Assembly: GCF_009914755.1 (NCBI RefSeq)
Contig: NC_060927.1
DNA from: the human T2T-CHM13v2.0 reference genome, Homo sapiens
Length of the DNA: 64,000 nucleotides
Reading direction: 5' to 3' (one strand)
Under the pieces are notes generated by a model. It saw nothing but the letters and a program-made list of their open reading frames with translations. It did no database searches and was not told where the DNA came from. Positions 18,641 to 33,015 of this stretch are shown here, piece after piece. A program made the position numbers and the translations under genes. Position 1 is the first letter of the stretch, and each line of letters opens with the position of its first letter.

Positions 18641-21214
18641 GACCTCCTTTTATTCATCAATCTAACTCTGGGAACTAGATGGAATTTCAATAGCATACAA
18701 ACAATGGGACACCAGGTTAGTGATTCTTTTCTAGTCACTGAACAATAAGATTGGATAATTTCACAAATCTATTTCTGAGGTCCATTAAGCATATCACCAG
18801 AACTTCTTCATGTGTCCTTTTACAGACAGAATAAAATAAAGTATTTAATAAGGTAGTCAGTTGTATTGAAGCAAGAAATACACAATAAAAAATTATTAAA
18901 ATGGGGTTCCAAAGCATAAGGCTTTGCCCACAATGTTTTAAAATATATTGATTTGGGGATCAAACTACTGACTGAAATCAAGATACATTGAGATTTTTTT
19001 GATAATTATTTCTAAAAATTATTCTTCAACAACAAAGATGAATCTTTTGGTGTAAGTTGAAGGGTGATTAAGACAGGGTCATGTCTTACTCATCATCCTA
19101 TGCCTAGCCTTAACACAGTGCTTAAGAACAGAGTACACAATCAATACTTTTTTTGTTGAATGACTAGATGAAACACTGGGCCATAGTTTTGTTGGAATGA
19201 AGAGTTTAAGATGGAAGTAACTTTTCTCAATGAATGAACATGAATTATTTCCTTATTTGGACATGAATGTTCATGGAATGAATATGAATTACCTCCTTAT
19301 GTTGTCATATACTTATCTATCTAAAATATTATAGTCACCATAAATCCAATTCAGAACTACAGTATGGTAAATTACTATTTCTAATAGAATAACATATTAC
19401 TTCCTTTTTCTCCCCTGTAAGTGTTATGCACACATTTGGAAATAGAATCTTATTTAACTTAATTCAGGTAAGGGTCTTACTGGTAAGAGTTTTTTTTCTT
19501 GTTAAAGGGGATGATTAACAAACTGGATATAAAATGTAATAAATTGTGGTAATACTAAAAACTGAAAAAAATTATAGTATGAATAAACAAGGAAGGTTTT
19601 TAAATATTGCCAGGTAGATGAATTATATTTAAGTTTTACAAATTCCCTCTGATTTTAGGAAATTCTGATATAGATATATAGATATAGACATAAATATAAG
19701 TATAGATATATTCTGATTTGAATGAATGGAGTGCATTTTTCTGAGAGGCTGCTCTTGAAATTAAAGTGATATTATAACAAGTTGGAATTAATATTTCATT
19801 TGCTTATGTTATATTCTATTTTTGAATCTCCAAAAGTGTTACAATTCTCAAAAAAAGTAGAATAACTATACAAAAATTGTCAAGTAGAGTTTGGTTTAAG
19901 TTAATTTGGGGTACATCTAGCTACACCAGACTGATGAAATCTGACTAAATAAAAGATACCTAATATATATTTAAGCAAGAACATCAATAACATATATATA
20001 TATTTTATGCTATTATATATGTATATATAAAACAATTCTATTAACATAAAATACACTATTGCAATATTAGGAAGGTAAATTCGTTAATGGATAAGCCTGT
20101 GACCCAGAAGAATATAAATGCCACGAAGAAGCTATTAATTCATTTCAATTCAACTTAATTTGACTAAACAAGATAGAGTGCCTCCTGTATGGAAATCATT
20201 CTATTGATGGAGAAATGTTCATAATTTTAAAACCATTTGTTTCCAGATCTCTCCTAGTGGAAACACTGACAAAGTAGATCTCTTAAAGTAATTGGGGAAA
20301 TTATGCATCAGTATGACACAACATGTTTTTTTCTTGATGTCTAAACGTTTGGTTTAAGAAAGTCATGGAGGTTGTCATAGAAATAATGTGATGACTACCC
20401 CTTTATAGAATTAAAAACTGAGCCAATTGTCCGGTTGAGGTCTGCATTTATTCAAAATCCTCAAATCAAATCCTCAATAATATCTGATGTGACAGATACC
20501 TTGCTGGGTTGGAATTTAATCTGCAGAGATTTGCTGCCTTGAACTTTATCTGTGAGAGTTAATTTCCGGTCCATTTTACTAATACTTCTGGCTCTCTCCG
20601 TCTGTTGACTTTTTTTGTTATTCTCTCCACCCACTTTGCCCTGGTATTCAAAGGCGTTTCTTTTATTGTGCTTAGCATCTGCTACTGTTCCACTCCCTTC
20701 CAGTCAAAGCATACGGTAACTTCAACACAGGCTAATTAAATGGTGCTTGAAGTTAGTTAACAGGTGGTGTCCCAGCTGCCCTTATAGTATGAACAAATAC
20801 ATCCTACATTTTCAGGCACAAAAATGGCACAATAGCAATACCTAAATGAACGGAGTACTCTTTTTATAGCATTTAAATGATGGATGGGGAATCAGGAAGA
20901 AATAGAATCCCTTTTGTAGATGTAGCTACCTGGGTTTGAGGTACGATGATCACATCTGAGATCTTAAGTAAAAACTGAGATCTCCTTATCCTTTACCCAG
21001 TGCTCTTTTATCATCGTAGTATATGTAAATTTATTGCCACTTCCCTTAAGTATGTTAATAATCCATGTTCATAAACACTGCTACTGGTTACTGTGTAGAA
21101 TGATATTCAAGTAAGATTCACATGTTTTGTTAAATTCAGTCAAAATATCAAATTATTTACTTGATATTTTGGAATCACTACAGCTAAATATATGTTATCA
21201 TTTATTTAGATAAT

Positions 21215-21445
21215 CAATATAGTGTAATGTTTAGGAGCCACTAGCTAACCCTGTGACTTTGGGCAAGTTACATTCATTTATTTATATATTATTTATTGAT
21301 TGGCCTCAGTTTCTTCAACTATAAAATGTGAAATAATACTATCTATTTCACAGGAGTCTGTGAGCATTAAATAAGTACTTATTTATAAAATCTTATGATA
21401 ATCCTATATACCTAATAAGAAGTTAGTAAAAGTTTGCTATTATTA
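21215..21445 (+). mobile_element. MIR
   Basis: TGTGACTTTGGGCAAGTTAC...GCCTCAGTTTCTTCAACTATAAAATG...GTGAGCATTAAATAAG. Confidence 0.75.
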
Positions 21446-24400
21446 TAATTAATTCAAATTACAAACCAATTTAAATGGATCATCTATATTTTTTAACAAG
21501 CAAAATCCTACATATTTGCCTCCTGCAATGAGAAAACACACACTCTGTCTCTATGTAATTTGCCAATTGGGAGTTTATAGAAGAGAAAAAGTGAATAATG
21601 CATCAGTTAAAATTCAAGAGAAAAGTGAATTTTGAAAATGTCATTTTTGTCTAACTGTGTTTCTTCACATCTTCACCATTGCATTTCCTTAGCACTCGTT
21701 TACACGGAATACCCCACTGAATCATTCAGGAAGTATCTCCACATAGACAGCATGTCATCCTTATGGCAGACTACTTGAACTGCAGAACTTAGTTGCCTAA
21801 TTGCCTGGTTGCTTTGTGCTGATAAAGATGAATTCACTGAATTTTATTTCCTAAGAAAAATAAAACACAGTTGATATTGAAATTACCCCGCAGATTTCTT
21901 CACTGTTAGGATGAAACATTTTTTTTCCTTGCCCAGTGATATTTCAACATCTGTCCAATTTCTTTTACTGTCTCCTGTAGAGAGATAGAAACTATGCTTG
22001 ATGCATTGGAGGGTGGTGGGGGACATCTGAAGCATCTGCAGTTTGGGCCCAGATCATGTGACGACTGCGATTCCTCCCCACCTGCCCTCCCTCGTGTGTC
22101 CTGTATTTTGTGGCTGCCATCCATCTGTGACCATTAAAGGCACCTCTAAGGTTGCATTCACTCAACTGCTAAAGGGACAAATTTCCTCTATCGTCTCCTC
22201 ATTGTCTGCCTTTCTTAACCACAGTCACGGTTTTGCACTCTTCATTCTAATTGTGCTTTTGATTATTGGGGTCATTTTATTCCTTCAGGTTTTTTAAAGG
22301 TCACAGGGATTAGCTGTGTCCAATCGAGGACCAGAAAGCGCAGTCGAGGCTTACCCCCGATTCATTCATTTCCATTGATTTCCTCTCAGTGTGAGAGTGG
22401 CAATGGTGGTTGCTGTTGTTGTTTTTTTTTTTTTTTCTTTTCTCTAGCTCTCATTTGATTGCACATTGCACCCTCCCCCACTTCTCCATAGAGGGAGGCT
22501 GTTTGTAGCAATGGTTATGGCATAAGGGGTTTCACTGCGCAAATTCACACAGGTAGGGCACTGGTGATCAAATAAACTTGCACTTGATTCTTCTTCTCTT
22601 TATTATTTCAGTTTATTTGGCTCACAGCCTTTGGACATTTCTATTTTATAACATAAAGCTGAATTTTAAAATGACATTCCCATTTCTCGCTAATTCAGTC
22701 TTATTACACACATACTACATATACACTATTTATTATAATTATACATACCACATATAACATGTTTTTATTTTTGTTTTCCTGCGTATTATTTGTTTTTACT
22801 CTGTGGATTCTCAGACTGACATTTGTGGTTTTTTTTGTGGGGATATCTGCCAGCCTTTATTCTCACAAGGAATTTTATAGTGAGATGATATGTTTCACTT
22901 ACAAATATTTTTCCAAAAGAGACATTCTTATTGTAAATTAATGGAAATTGGCGAAACTTAAGAAAATAAAATAGCTATTTTTAAGAAATGTGTTTATTTG
23001 TGTGCATGCAGAAGGAGTGAGGATTATGAACAAAAAACATACAAAATAACCCCAAATATCTTAAAAGATATTAGGCTATTTATGTATTTATTCATATTCA
23101 AGTGATAGTGGGGACAGTTTATATGTAAAAGTATTTTATGGGCACCAATGTTTTTGGCTGAAGAAGTCTATTAATTACTGGTGGTCAACAGTATAAAACA
23201 CAGTAGGAGGCAGTCCTCTATAAATGTTCCTTCTTCTGGGAGTCAAGTGAGATGTGACTAAAGTTGTTGAGATTATCAGAAGGAAGAAGATTTGAAGGTA
23301 TTTGAAGATACTGCACCAACTAATTCCTTCCTTCTGCACCCTCTGCTTTATAATTCATAATACACTTAATTGTATTATATGCAGTATATGCTCCTCTGTA
23401 GATTCAGTAGCCTCTGCACATGTTTAGAGTGGACACAGCCTAGGTGACTAGCAAATATAAGACTTTTTGTTCTAATGATGCGGCTCCTGTGTGAATACAT
23501 TGATTAGCACATGTGTGGGAAATGTGGGAAATGGATGAAAAGTTTACTATAGTAACTAATACTCTTTCCATTGGCCTTTGGTTACCACTTTTTAAGCGAG
23601 GTCAGAAGTTTTAAAGCATTCCCATTTTCCTGCAAAATGGGAAAGGAAACTGAAGTTTATAGACAGGGAATAAAAATCTGCTGAGTTCTATATATTGACA
23701 GAATTATGATAACTATGTATGAACATTTTAAGGAAATATTATAGAAATCATAAATAAATATTTGCAACCCTTGTAAATGGAGAAGACTCACAAAAGCAAG
23801 TCTCTGTAATCTGTAATCTGCAACATTTGGCATTTGAAAATGCCTTACGTCTTCAACATAAACCGTAAAAGTGTAATACGGGAGTCAGAAATGGCCATAA
23901 GATTGACAGTATTTTTAACAAATGAATGGTCAGAGTTGCACTAGTAGTAATTGGTATAAATAAATCAAACACCTAAGAATGTGTTCCTCTTTTCTTAGAT
24001 TATCTGGAATAAGACTAAACTATTTGTTAATGTTAAACCTTTATTTTTGGAATGGCTATTTGGGTGCTTAAATATGATTCTAAAAATAACCCGACAGCCT
24101 AACACCTGGTAACCAAATTTGCCAAAAAAATATAAATCTTCCATTGCTGGTAAAACTGCTTGCTTACCTATGATTCTGTAGCTTCTAGGTAAAAAATTCT
24201 CTCTAATTATACATAATTCTGGCAAAAACATATAGGTATAAAACATGATAGTGAATGAAATAACACAGGAAATAAAAAATGTGCCAGAGTACTTACCCAA
24301 TGCAGGGAGTTGACTGGTCATTACAAACATGATAACAGCACATTTTATTTCACAAGAGAATAAAGATATTGTTGTCAAACTTTGCATCAATCACATGTGT

Positions 24401-24499
24401 ATTTAATTGACTATGCCATTAAGTATTCTGCTGTTTATTCTACTTGCAAATATACTATATGCATCATGAAATTTATCCTGAATCCTACCATAAAAACTT

Positions 24500-25135
24500 T
24501 TCAAATTTTGAGATAATAGCAGGTTCATGTGCATAATATAGGAATATTTATTATACATTTTACCTCGTTTCCTCCAGTGGTAACATCTTGCAAAACTATA
24601 GTACAGTATCGCAAACAGGATATTAACATTGATAATAGCAAGATAAAGGGTCTTGCCACCATTAAATGGGTCATTCACGCTGCCCTTTCATGGTCCCACA
24701 CACTTTCCTCCCACTCAACCCCTTCCTATACTCTGAACTACTAATCTATTATCCATATCCACATTTTTGAGAATGTTCTATAAATGAAATCATACAGTAC
24801 GTAACTTTTTTGAGAATGACTTTTTTTTTTCCACTCAGCTTAATTCTCCAAAGATTTTCGCAGTTTTTTGCGTGACTCAAGAGTTCATTCCTTTTTATTG
24901 CTATGGCAATGTAGAGTTCCATGATATGGATGTACTAGAGTTTATTTAGCCATTGACCTGTTGAGGAAATGTGGGTAGTTTCCAGTTTTGCCTGTTATGA
25001 ATAAAGCTGCTATAAATATGTACAGTTTTAGTATTAAATATACATTTTCATTTCTCTGAGATAAATGCCAAGGGCATTTGGTAATCAATATTTAGTATTT
25101 AAAAGAACTGCCAAAATTGTTTTCCAGAGTGTCTC
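24500..25135 (-). mobile_element. Old L1 (L1MC/L1MD-like) 3' fragment
   Basis: AACTATAGTACAGTATC...GAAATCATACAGTA...AATAAAGCTGCTATAAATAT...AACTGCCAAAATTGTTTTCCAGAGT. Confidence 0.7.
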
Positions 25136-25237
25136 ACAATCAGCCAATCAGATTTTAAAAGCCACACATATATTCACATGAAAGAAATGTCTCTGCAGCA
25201 TTAGGATTAGGTTAAAGTTAAACCTCTGAGAGCTCGT

Positions 25238-25380
25238 TCCTTTTCTCCCTCTTTTCCCCTTGCTTCCTTTTTCCCCTACTGTCTACTCCCTTCCACTTTT
25301 TTCCTCTTTCCCCTTCTCCTCTCCTTTCCTTCTTCTAAATCTTTCTTTTCTTCCTTCCTTTTTTTAAATCCTTCTTTTCT
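25238..25380. repeat. CT-rich low-complexity tract
   Basis: Nearly pure pyrimidine run on the + strand. Confidence 0.7.
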
Positions 25381-26215
25381 TTATTCATATGTGCATAGGA
25401 AATTTTGATAGATGGAATGGAGTACGTGAACCTAATCTGAGATGAAGAGGAATGAAGAATACTAGAGCTTTGTAGGTCCTTTAGAAACACTGAAATTAGT
25501 TTTATAGGCTTTTTAACATTTAATAATGTCATCTCATTCTCCTTATATTAAAAGGAAAAATATATAGTTGATATTACAAACAAAATGTAGAATCACCTTT
25601 ATGATTCCCTTTTTCCATTAATGGTAGCAAACTAAAAGCCAAAAATAATAATCATTTAAGTATGCAAGATCCATCAGACGGAAATCTGTTACGTTGCCAC
25701 TGTGAATAGCAATGTATCTTGTTAGAGAAAAAAATAATATTTTGTAGGTTATTATGCAGTGCAGAATAAAGTGTGTTTTGGACTATATAGTTGCAACTAA
25801 ATGATGTATGTTCTACTCTAGTGTACAACTATAAAGACCTGGACAGAATTGCCTACATAAAATTGTTCTACAAAAAAGATTATTGCTCTTGTACATCCTA
25901 TTTTTATATACCTTCAAATCTTTTATGTCATTTGACTATAAATGGTCAAGTTGGTTTGGTTTGTCATCATGAAGCTATAACTATCAGTTGTTGATATCCT
26001 CCAAAAAATAAATTGAGGAAATATATAGGTAACTTTGCATTTACAAGGAGAATAATAAAACCTCAGGTAATTTACTATAAACACCATAAAACTATAAATA
26101 TCAGAGTAATAGGTAGTCTTCAAAAATAGATAAAAATCATTTATAATCTCAACTTTTTAGATTTATAGACTCTGGAATCAATGAGAGATGAAAGAAAATT
26201 TCTGATGCCAGAAAT

Positions 26216-26220
26216 ACACA

Positions 26221-26258
<38 letters not shown>
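26216..26258. repeat. (CA)n microsatellite
   Basis: About 21 CA units with one interruption. Confidence 0.95.
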
Positions 26259-26262
<4 letters not shown>

Positions 26263-29201
26263 TAAATAACAGTCATCCTATTTTAAAAACTTTATTATTT
26301 AATCTTTAAATGTGAAAACTATAAAGAACATAGAATTACTTACCATACTAAAGGTGGTCATTTGAAATAAATATATTTACTATACTTGAAAATCTTGTCA
26401 TAAGACTTTGTAACAAACCTTATGTAAGCTAAAAAATTGATTATGAAGCTACCACTGTAAGATATGACATAAGGAAAAAAAATGTTGCCCGACTGACCTG
26501 ATCAATTTCTGTGAAAGAGACTGAAAGACTATTGATGGGGGTCAGACAGTGGATTGTCCTGAATTTAAACCACAACCTTTTATTCAATAAACTCTGACAG
26601 CTTGGGAGATAAAGTTCAGGTCACACTGGCATTATTTCCTTCACAGCTTGATAAAGTAAAAAACAGCACAGTAAAATAACACGAATTAAATAAAATAAAA
26701 TGATCATCTTTACAGTGTTCTTTGAGTGAAATAGATGGTGACTGAGATAAAGCTATTGGATAATTCTACTGTAGATGATGTGATTAGAGATTACTTAATT
26801 GGTAGAAATAATAGTTGGTGTGCTTGGCTCAACCCCTTAAACCTTTGAGAATAGTTCAAGTGGGTAACTTCATATTAAAGATAAAGAAAGCAAAAAAAAA
26901 AAGTCTACTTAAATCTACTTAAATTGCCTGAGAAATTTTCATAGGCTATTTCTATTTATAAAATAATGGACATTTATTTCAAATACCAATAAAAGTGTCT
27001 GCTTTAAAAGCAATCCTAAATATACAAAGGCAATTACGTCACAGAGCTTGGAATTGGCCCCACCCACACTTCTGAGGTTCACCTGTCATCACTCACCGTG
27101 CAAAGGAGGCCTGTGAATGAATGTTTAGGGCATCAGAGTAGTTCCTCAGGGAATAAAGATGTAGAAGAATATACCACTTAAAACTTTTAGGAAAAGAAAT
27201 GGTCCGTAAAAATAGAGCCCATCAATTCTATCAGCTATATTGATTCTTTTGTCATTTTTGTGAACATAACTGCAGAAAAATATGTTTATTATACTTTTGT
27301 AGGGCTAAATATAGTGTGACAGATATAGATCATAGAATATATATATATCTCTAATGTGTATGTATATACATGTATACATGTGTGTCTGTGCATGTATATA
27401 TAACATACATATATACATACATATGCATATATCCTGGACTTATGTGAAGTATGCAGATATCTGTGGTAAATAACATTTTAAGATTGATTTTTCATTGTTA
27501 CCATTTTTGCATTATTATTTGGGACTGCAAAGAATTAAATGTATGCTACTTTATAGAACTAAAATCAAAATTAAAGACAGTGTTGAAAGAAAAAAGCACA
27601 TAGGACAAAATAGAAAATGCTCAGTATCCAGTATCTAGAAAAATTAACATAGATCTTAGTTGAATCTGATTATTTAACAGGAGAAAAAGCAAAGAAGTGG
27701 CCAGTTTTCTTGAATGTAGGGAAAGTTTAGATTTTCTAAGCAGAAGGAAATGGTGAAAATATCTTTCCAATAGTTGCTTTAGCTATATATTGTCAGAGTG
27801 TAATGGATATTTCTAAAAGGTAGGAAGAAATACTGAAATTGGTTTTAGAAAGATATGCAAATAAGTATTAACATATCCAAGGTAAACAGTGTAAAAGCGT
27901 CTCTGATCTAAACTAGATAGCTGCATAACATAAATGTTCTGAATTTTCTTTTCAAATAGGAAGTAAAGGTAGTAATGGAAAATTTTGATTTAAATTCTAA
28001 TTTTATACCACCTGTCCAGTAGCAACTTAAAATGAATATAGTCAACGCAATTGGTTCAAGCATGGTTTAAAGCCTGATTTTACTCTATCTTGAATTTCCA
28101 TTTGTGCCTGCCTGAGAGATACTTTGCCAATCACAAAATTCAGAAGGTACTTTCTGTTTGACGAAAGCCAAGAAGCATGGCCTACAAAACTGGCCACTTT
28201 TTCATTAAAATGAAATGTAAGAACACTGAGCAGGTGAGTTTTCTTTTTAGTAAATGAATCATTTCAAGAGATCAAAGAGGCCAAAAATGAGATACCCAAT
28301 ATTTAGGCGATGTTCCCGAGGCAATGATATTCCTTACACAGCTGTTGTCCCAAGCTGAAATTAGTTGCTTAGAATTTGAGTTAAATAATCCCATCCTTCA
28401 AATGACTTTAGGAAATTGGGTGTTAGGGAGACCAGCCAGCATCATTTTGTTAAGTGGTCCTTGAACAGAAAAGTACTTGTCTTTGAATAGGAGGAAAAGT
28501 TTGATCACATTTAAGCTAATCTATCATTTATTATACACAGTGGGTGAGATAGTTAATGACTCTATTGATTTCTTTTGGTGCTTAGTTTCATATACAGCAT
28601 TTAACCAATGTCAAACTGAACACGGAATTTGTTTTACACTTGTTATTGATGCACTTAAATTTTTTTATTTATGCTAATACATGTTGATTTCAATAGAGAA
28701 TTTCAAAACAGCTATACGTAAAACCAGATTTTAATTCTCAGATTTTTTTGTTGTTGTTGTTGTAACTTTAGGTATCTTTCCATGCCTGCTTATAGTTAGC
28801 TTCAGAGCTCCTGTTACTTTTACTAGGAAGGAAAAAGAACATTGAAACTTTGTCAACAATGTTGGTCACAGACATTTCAGAAATAGCTTTTTTCTTTCTT
28901 TCCTCTTTCTCTTTTCTTATCTGCCTCTGTCATATCCCCACTGTTCATTTATGTAGGCCGCAATAATTATTCTTTGATTCCTCCCTCTTCTTTGAGAGTC
29001 ATATGGGGCATTCCTAGAAGGCTATCTGTCTTTACTAAAAGACAAAGAAAGAAATGGAAGCACAATAGGAACACAAGGGCTGCAAATGGTTTCAAACAGC
29101 ACCACGATGGTAAACGGGATTCACAGTAAGAATGAGAAGAAAGACTGAAAGACTATATACAGAATGAATATTATAAAAAGTATACCATTTAAAAATTAAA
29201 G

Positions 29202-29298
29202 GAGCTGGGAGAGGTGATGTGCATCTCATATACTCAGGAGGCTGATGGGTCTCCTGAGCCTAGAGTTCGAGGCCAGCCTAGGACAGATCTCTTAAAAA
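29202..29298 (+). mobile_element. Degenerate Alu monomer (FLAM/FAM-like)
   Basis: TACTCAGGAGGCTGA...TGAGCCTAGAGTTCGAGGCCAGCCT. Confidence 0.55.
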
Positions 29299-29787
29299 AT
29301 TTTAAATGAAAAAAGTACTAGCAGTAAGATATAAGCCTGGGAACAGGAGCAAGGTCTAAAATAGCATGACATGGGAAGAACAAAGCAAAATCAAATGATT
29401 TAGGCATGATAGGAGAAATAGACAAAGCCAATTTTTGAGTTGAGTTCAATAGTCTATATTGAGTGGGAACATTCACGTAAGGTCTAATGGATTAGACCTG
29501 TACATGATCATAAAGTAAGTTGTTAAATTCTGAAGCTGTCTGAAATCATCATTAAATTTAAAAAGCTTAAGAATACAAATGAGACCTCAAAATCAATTCT
29601 TAACATTCATACTCATTCCTAACATGGATTCACTGAAATACTGAATTCCTAATATATTGTCTAATAAGAATGATCAATTAGATTAGCTGTATTTTGCTGA
29701 TGTGATCAATAATTAAAATTTAGACATAGCATAAACATAATTTTAGAATGCAGGTGCTCAGAACAGCAAAATCTAAGATGTGTTCAG

Positions 29788-30028
29788 GCAATGAAGTGCT
29801 GGAGTCTCACATACTGGCGCCAAGTGAGTCATTGTTTCCCAGCAATTGGGACTTAACACTTGTTGGAACACAACAAATGTTCTCAGCAATCTGTTCCCAG
29901 TTCCATATTTGTGCTGATACATTGGTAGCCTCAATGTTGAGAGTACTTAAATGAAAATCAGTAAATATTATAAATCAGGGCCTTTGCCCCAGAGAACCAG
30001 TTGTTAACTACTTACCAGCATACTTCTG
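29788..30028. mobile_element. MER63-like hAT DNA transposon remnant
   Basis: Ends resemble MER63 termini: CAATGAAGTGCTGGAG... and ...CCAGTTGTTAACTACTTACCAGCATACTTCTG. Confidence 0.55.
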
Positions 30029-30149
30029 CGTTCAGATAATTATATCACGTTTATTATAAACTGTCCATTTAAACTACTCAGTGAGAATCTAAGCAAACTA
30101 GTTATCAGTTTCCTTAATTTTCCAATATCCCAAGGCTCAAAGAGCATTT

Positions 30150-30366
30150 TTAAATTTGATATTTGCATAATAGCCTTTTTGATACTTTCTTAGAATTTCT
30201 ATCTCTCTGCTTATATTATCTATCTATTTTTGCATGTTGTGTGCTTCTTCTATTACAGCCCATAGTGTATTAATCATAGTTGTTTTATATTCCTGGTCTA
30301 ATAATTCCACATCCTAGCAATATCTGTCTCTGGTTCTGACGCTTATTCAGTCTCTTCGAACTGTGT

Positions 30367-30399
<33 letters not shown>

Positions 30400-31190
30400 T
30401 TGTCTTTCAGTATGTTTTTTGTTGAAAATGGATATAATGTATTAGGTGAAAGGGACTCAGGTAAATCGGCCTCAGTGGTTTGGTGGCAAGGTGTGTGAGG
30501 AGGGGAAGCATTCTATACTCCTATAATTAGGTTTCAGTGTTTTGGCGAGTCTGTGCCTCTGGACTGTGAACTTCACCAGTGCTTCTTAATCTTTTTAATT
30601 TTTTTTCCACCTTTAAGTGGGCCAGAAGGGTCTGAAGTTAGGCATGTCCATCGCCCAAGTTCAGTTAGGCTCTGATGAAACCCCAGTACGTTAGGCCCTT
30701 ATAAAAGAGTTACTCCTGATGGCAGGCCTTGTTAAGAGGAACAGAATGCTCTGGCACATTTCAAAATGGTTACTTTTCTCTTCCCCTTGTCAGAAGCACA
30801 AGGGGAATTTCCTATAGTGAGGACCTGGTAAAGCTCCTGGAGGTAAAAATCATAAAAGGTGAAGGTCCGTTATCACTGGGTCCTTGTGGAGTGTTTAACT
30901 CTCAGACATGCACACTGAGCCTCCAGTAATTTGTCAGTTGCAGTTCAGATTTTCCCATCTAGACACTGGTTCCCCACTGAGGTTTTTGCTCCAATTAGTT
31001 GTTTCTCTCTGTATCTGCCTATGTATGTCTCTAATTTTGGGGGTGGTGGTTTGCCTTGTGACCTCACTTCTGTGACAGATCTACAAAGAGTTGTTGATTT
31101 TTCTTTTTTTTTTTCAGTTTTTACTTGTTATTAGGATATAATGGCAACTTCTAAGTTACTTACATGCCAGACCAGAAATCACAAGTCCAT
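30150..31190 (-). mobile_element. Old L1 (L1MC/MD-like) internal fragment containing a (GTT)n repeat at ~30366-30397
   Basis: TATTAATCATAGTTGTTTTA...CCTGGTCTAATAATTCC...TTTGCCTTGTGACCTCACTTCT, L1M-like; by eye. Confidence 0.55.
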
Positions 31191-31767
31191 CCTTTTATTT
31201 TTCAGTGTGGCACACAGTGAATGTGAAGTAATATTTTTTCTAAATGTGTGTTTTGAATTTTGCAGGCAAGCTTATTATGTTGGGTTGTGTTTCAGCTACA
31301 TGTAATAAATGCCATTGGAGGTATTTAAAAGACAATATTATGGCAGGTAGGAAATGCACTTATTCTGATATTTAATATTCAATAAATAAGGATTGTAAGT
31401 TATAAAATTAAATACTTATCTTTACTAAAAAAGGATATTCTTAGAGGATTTAGACAATTCAGCATACAGGCCCCCAAATTCATGTTTAAACATTAAAAAT
31501 TCCTAAGACCTTTAAATAAAATAAAAAGTAAAGTATAAATATTTGCATTCTATTTCAGAAAGAGCTACAGGTTTACACATAAATATTTACTATATGCATT
31601 TTTATGCATAGTGTCTCAAGTTTACATGTCCATAAAAGGATATCTTGACTTCCATGCCCACCACCAATACACATACACACCAAATCTCACTGAAGGATAG
31701 AATCCTCTACCTTATCTTGCAAACCAAAAGTTTAGGAGTCATCCTTAATTCCCTGCCCCAGCCCCTC

Positions 31768-32126
31768 TAATATGGTGTGGCTGTGTCCCCATCCAAATCT
31801 CACCTTGAATGGTAATAATCCCCATGTGTCAAGGGCAGGGCCAGGTGGAGATAATTGAATCATGGGGGTGGTTTCTCCGTACTGTTCACGTGGTAATGAA
31901 TAGGTCTCATGAGATCTGATGGTTTTATAAATGGGAGTTCCCCTGCACAAGCTCTCTCTTGACTGCCGCCATGTAAGACATGATTTTGCTCCTCCTTGCC
32001 TTCCATCATGATTGCAAGGCCTCTCCAGCCATGTGGAACTGGGAGTCAATTAAACCTCTTTCCTTTGTAAATTACCCAGTCTCAGGTGTGTCTTTATTAG
32101 CAGCATGAGAATGGACTAATAATACA
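31768..32126 (+). mobile_element. THE1 (THE1B/C-like) MaLR solo LTR
   Basis: Begins TAATATGGTGTGGCTGTGTCCCC; contains GTCTCATGAGATCTGATGGTTTTATAAA and ATTAAACCTCTTTCC; ends GGACTAATAATACA. Confidence 0.92.
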
Positions 32127-33015
32127 TACATGCCAAATCTCACCAAAGAATGCAATCCTCTACCTCATCTTGCAAACCAAAAATTTAGGAGTCATCCTTG
32201 ATTCTTTGTCCCAACCTCTCCTTTCTGCATTTCACACATCATTTCAATCACCAAGTATTCTTGGCTCAGCCAACAAAATATACCACTACTTCTCTATCTG
32301 CCACTATCTATCACTTCTTAATCGCCCCTCGTCTCTCACCTGGACCATGTCAATAGCCCTCTAACCAGCCTCTATGCTCCTCTTTCTCTATAATCTGTCC
32401 TTCAGAGAACAACCAGAGTGATTTCTATTTTGCTTTAAAATAGAAATCGGACTTAGTTTTCTGCTTATAACTTTAAATGACTTTCTAATATATTGAGAAT
32501 AAAATGAAATTTTCTTCTCCTGGCCTGCAACATCTTTCACACCTTTGTCTTACAGTACAATTTGGGCCAGTTTCCCGTTTGATCACTACACTGAAGTGCT
32601 GGTTTTTCTCTTCAAATTATAGGCCAAGCTCATCCTTGTCTCTGCAAATAGCATTCTCTTTTGTCTGGAACTCACCACTCTTGTCTCTGCTGAACTGGCT
32701 CCTGCTCATCTTTCGGTCTCAACAAAAATGTCACTATACCACAAAGTTCCTCCCTAACATTGATATCTGATTCCATCTAATGATGACAGCCTTGGTCCCT
32801 GAGTAATTTTACTGACATTTTCTTTTTTAATCTAGCACATTTCAAAATCTGAACTCACGTTGTACATTTATACGAATACATATTAAGTGATGTCTCCTTT
32901 CACTGGAATATAAACTTCGTAAGAACAAGGCTTGTTACCTCATCATTAAAAAAATTCCGATTATCTAGGGCAGTGCTAAGTGTACCATTCAACAGATGTT
33001 CAATAAATGTGTTTA
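32127..33015 (+). mobile_element. L2 3' fragment
   Basis: AGGAGTCATCCTTGATTC...ACCAGAGTGATT...CACTGGAATATAAACTTC...TTCAATAAATG, the L2 3'-end signature. Confidence 0.65.

Noticed and set aside
23995-24390. 131-aa and other 60-140 aa AT-rich ORFs across the introns
   Set aside because: No recognisable domains or splice context, and many use non-ATG starts; consistent with chance
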